A program made the position numbers and the translations under genes. From Sulfurimonas sp. (lineage in GTDB: Bacteria > Campylobacterota > Campylobacteria > Campylobacterales > Sulfurimonadaceae), in contig JAMOSE010000140.1 of assembly GCA_027063215.1 (NCBI GenBank), positions 1 through 38,902 of the forward strand: a DNA stretch of 38,902 bases, given 5' to 3'. Below, one piece after another: positions 37,185 through 38,902 of this stretch. The notes beneath the pieces were generated by a model. The model did no database searches. It was not told the origin of the DNA and saw nothing but the letters and a program-made list of their open reading frames with translations. Position 1 is the stretch's first letter. Every line of letters starts with the position of its first letter.

Positions 37185-38591
37185 ATGTTTAGAGCCATTT
37201 TCACTAACAGCTTTGGTATATTATTTTCCCGCATTTTAGGATTTATCCGCGATCTTCTCACCGCTTCTGTTCTTGGTGCTTCGATATACAGCGATATATT
37301 TTTCATTGCCTTTAAACTGCCAAATCTTTTTCGCCGTATTTTTGCCGAGGGTGCTTTTACACAGGTCTTTATTCCTGCCTTTGCAAGAAGCAGACACAAG
37401 GCTGTATTTAGCATACATATCTTTGTACTTTTTCTTTCCATTATTCTACTAATGACACTTTTAGTCAATCTTGTGCCACAGATATTTACAAAAGCAATAG
37501 CAAGCGGTTTTGATGCGCATACCATTGAACTTGCTGCGCCTTATGTTGCTTTGAACTTTTGGTATCTGCCACTTATTTTCAGTGTCACCTTTTTAGCAGC
37601 CATACTTCAGTATAAACACCACTTTGCAACAACAGCTTATGCAACAGCTTTGCTTAACCTCTCTTTAATAACAGCACTTTTACTGGCAAAAGGCAAAACA
37701 GATGCAATCATAGTATATTACCTGAGTATCGGTGTTGTTGCAGGAGGTATTTTACAGCTTATTGCACATCTTGTAGCCATATACAGACTTGGAGCATGCA
37801 AACTTCTTTATGGAGGTTTTAAGTATCTACATCAAAAATCACCCATTATCAAAACAGATACGCAAAAGTTCAAAAACAACTTTTTTCCGGCAATGTGGGG
37901 GAACTCAACAGCTCAGGTCTCTGCCTTTTTAGATACTTTTTTAGCTTCGTTTTTAGTAACGGGATCAATCTCTTATCTCTACTATGCAAACCGTATCTTT
38001 CAGCTTCCTTTGGCACTTTTTGCCATTGCAACTTCTGTAGCTCTTTTCCCAAGAGTAGCCCGCTATCTTAAAAACGGGGATGAGCAAAAGGCACTGCAAA
38101 ATCTCAAAAAAGCCTTTTGGTTTTTAAGCTACATTCTAACAGCCAGTGCGATCGGAGGCGTTGTTCTATCCGATGAAATTATACATCTGCTATTTGAGCG
38201 AGGTGCCTTTGATGCACAAGACACACATAATACTGCAGCTGTTTTAGTCATGTACCTTATAGGTCTGCTTCCTTTTGGACTGCAAAAGCTTTTTGTACTC
38301 TGGCTTTATGCAAAAGAGATGCAGACAAAAGCCGCAAAAATTGCAACAATATCTTTAGTTGTTTATGTTATATTTGCACTTGCATTTATAAAGCCTTTTG
38401 GTGTGGCAGGTTTAGCTTTGGCAGGGACACTTGGCGGCTTTGTCAGCCTCTTTTTTACCCTCAAAACCTTTGGGTGGTCAAACTTTTTTGCTATACTTCG
38501 CTCAAAAAATCTGATCTATCTCCTTCTTGGCTCAGTTCTTTTTACTATGCTTTTACTCTATTTAAAGGATTTTATCCATGCATATATTTGA
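37185..38591 (+). CDS. murJ: Lipid II flippase
   Basis: SRILGFIRD, AFKLPNLFRRIFAEGAF and LYYANRIFQLP motifs. Start reassigned to ATG 37185 because the upstream TTG overlaps the promoter. Confidence 0.95.
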   Translation: MFRAIFTNSFGILFSRILGFIRDLLTASVLGASIYSDIFFIAFKLPNLFRRIFAEGAFTQVFIPAFARSRHKAVFSIHIFVLFLSIILLMTLLVNLVPQIFTKAIASGFDAHTIELAAPYVALNFWYLPLIFSVTFLAAILQYKHHFATTAYATALLNLSLITALLLAKGKTDAIIVYYLSIGVVAGGILQLIAHLVAIYRLGACKLLYGGFKYLHQKSPIIKTDTQKFKNNFFPAMWGNSTAQVSAFLDTFLASFLVTGSISYLYYANRIFQLPLALFAIATSVALFPRVARYLKNGDEQKALQNLKKAFWFLSYILTASAIGGVVLSDEIIHLLFERGAFDAQDTHNTAAVLVMYLIGLLPFGLQKLFVLWLYAKEMQTKAAKIATISLVVYVIFALAFIKPFGVAGLALAGTLGGFVSLFFTLKTFGWSNFFAILRSKNLIYLLLGSVLFTMLLLYLKDFIHAYI

Positions 38592-38902
38592 TTCTGTTCA
38601 AAAAACAAAACGGAAATTTACACCACTTGTAGAGGGCAAAGCCACACTCTATGTCTGTGGTCCCACTGTCTATGACAATGCTCACCTCGGTCATGCAAAA
38701 TCAGCACTTGCTTTTGATCTGCTCTCTCGTGTATTACGGGCAAACGGCTATGATGTAAGCTATGCAAGAAATATCACCGATATTGATGACAAGATCATTA
38801 AAAAAGCCATTGAACAGAAAAAAGATATCAAAACTATTACAGATTTTTATACAGAGGCTTTTCACAAAGAGATGGAGGCTATCGGTGTCAAACGCCCTGA
38901 CA
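38578..38902 (+). CDS. cysS: Cysteine--tRNA ligase, 5' part (runs off window end)
   Basis: Not in the ORF track; manual translation gives MHIFDSVQK...LYVCGPTVYDNAHLGHAKS...RNITDIDDKII (HIGH-type motif). Confidence 0.96.
   Translation, partial: MHIFDSVQKTKRKFTPLVEGKATLYVCGPTVYDNAHLGHAKSALAFDLLSRVLRANGYDVSYARNITDIDDKIIKKAIEQKKDIKTITDFYTEAFHKEMEAIGVKRPD

Noticed and set aside
144-38052. The other short (60-148 aa) ORFs in the track that overlap assigned genes, e.g. 144-371, 3106-3552, 4412-4756, 10876-11259, 16007-16351, 37160-37525
   Set aside because: All are antisense or off-frame shadows of well-supported genes and have no recognisable motifs.
1-38902. CRISPR arrays, IS elements, integrases, prophage, rRNA and tRNA genes
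   Set aside because: No regularly spaced repeats, transposase or recombinase ORFs, or cloverleaf/rRNA signatures were seen; intergenic spaces are short apart from 26238-26646.

Overview
AT-rich chromosomal window from a Campylobacterota (epsilonproteobacterial) genome, most consistent with a free-living Sulfurimonas-like organism (inferred from gene order and protein features, no database search). It is mostly core genes in familiar blocks. Block 1 (- strand): motA-motB-fliP-trmA, COG3400-aroB-mscS-mtaB-ftsH-like-bioV-mog-frdC-frdA'. Block 2 (+): glmU-coaBC-uppS-prepilin peptidase-lptF/G-truA. Block 3: DUF342-ruvA-ddl-hydrolase-murF (-) and murJ-cysS' (+). Accessory material between them: a phosphoethanolamine transferase; a divergent IscU-like gene coupled to a tandem ferritin-like gene; a very AT-rich hybrid kinase/diguanylate cyclase pair behind a ~290-nt hairpin-rich leader; a TRAP dctQM pair with no dctP; and a DUF3015 + DUF4105 (Lnb-like catalytic domain on a probable outer-membrane barrel) pair. 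The best leads are the DUF3015/DUF4105 module (own promoter, internal hairpin, probable ATC start), two candidate structured RNAs (1862-1936 and 26238-26537), an FrdC lacking the E-pathway glutamate, a Na+-type (PomAB-like) stator and the IscU-like/ferritin-like pair. No rRNA, tRNA, CRISPR array, transposase or integrase was recognised.
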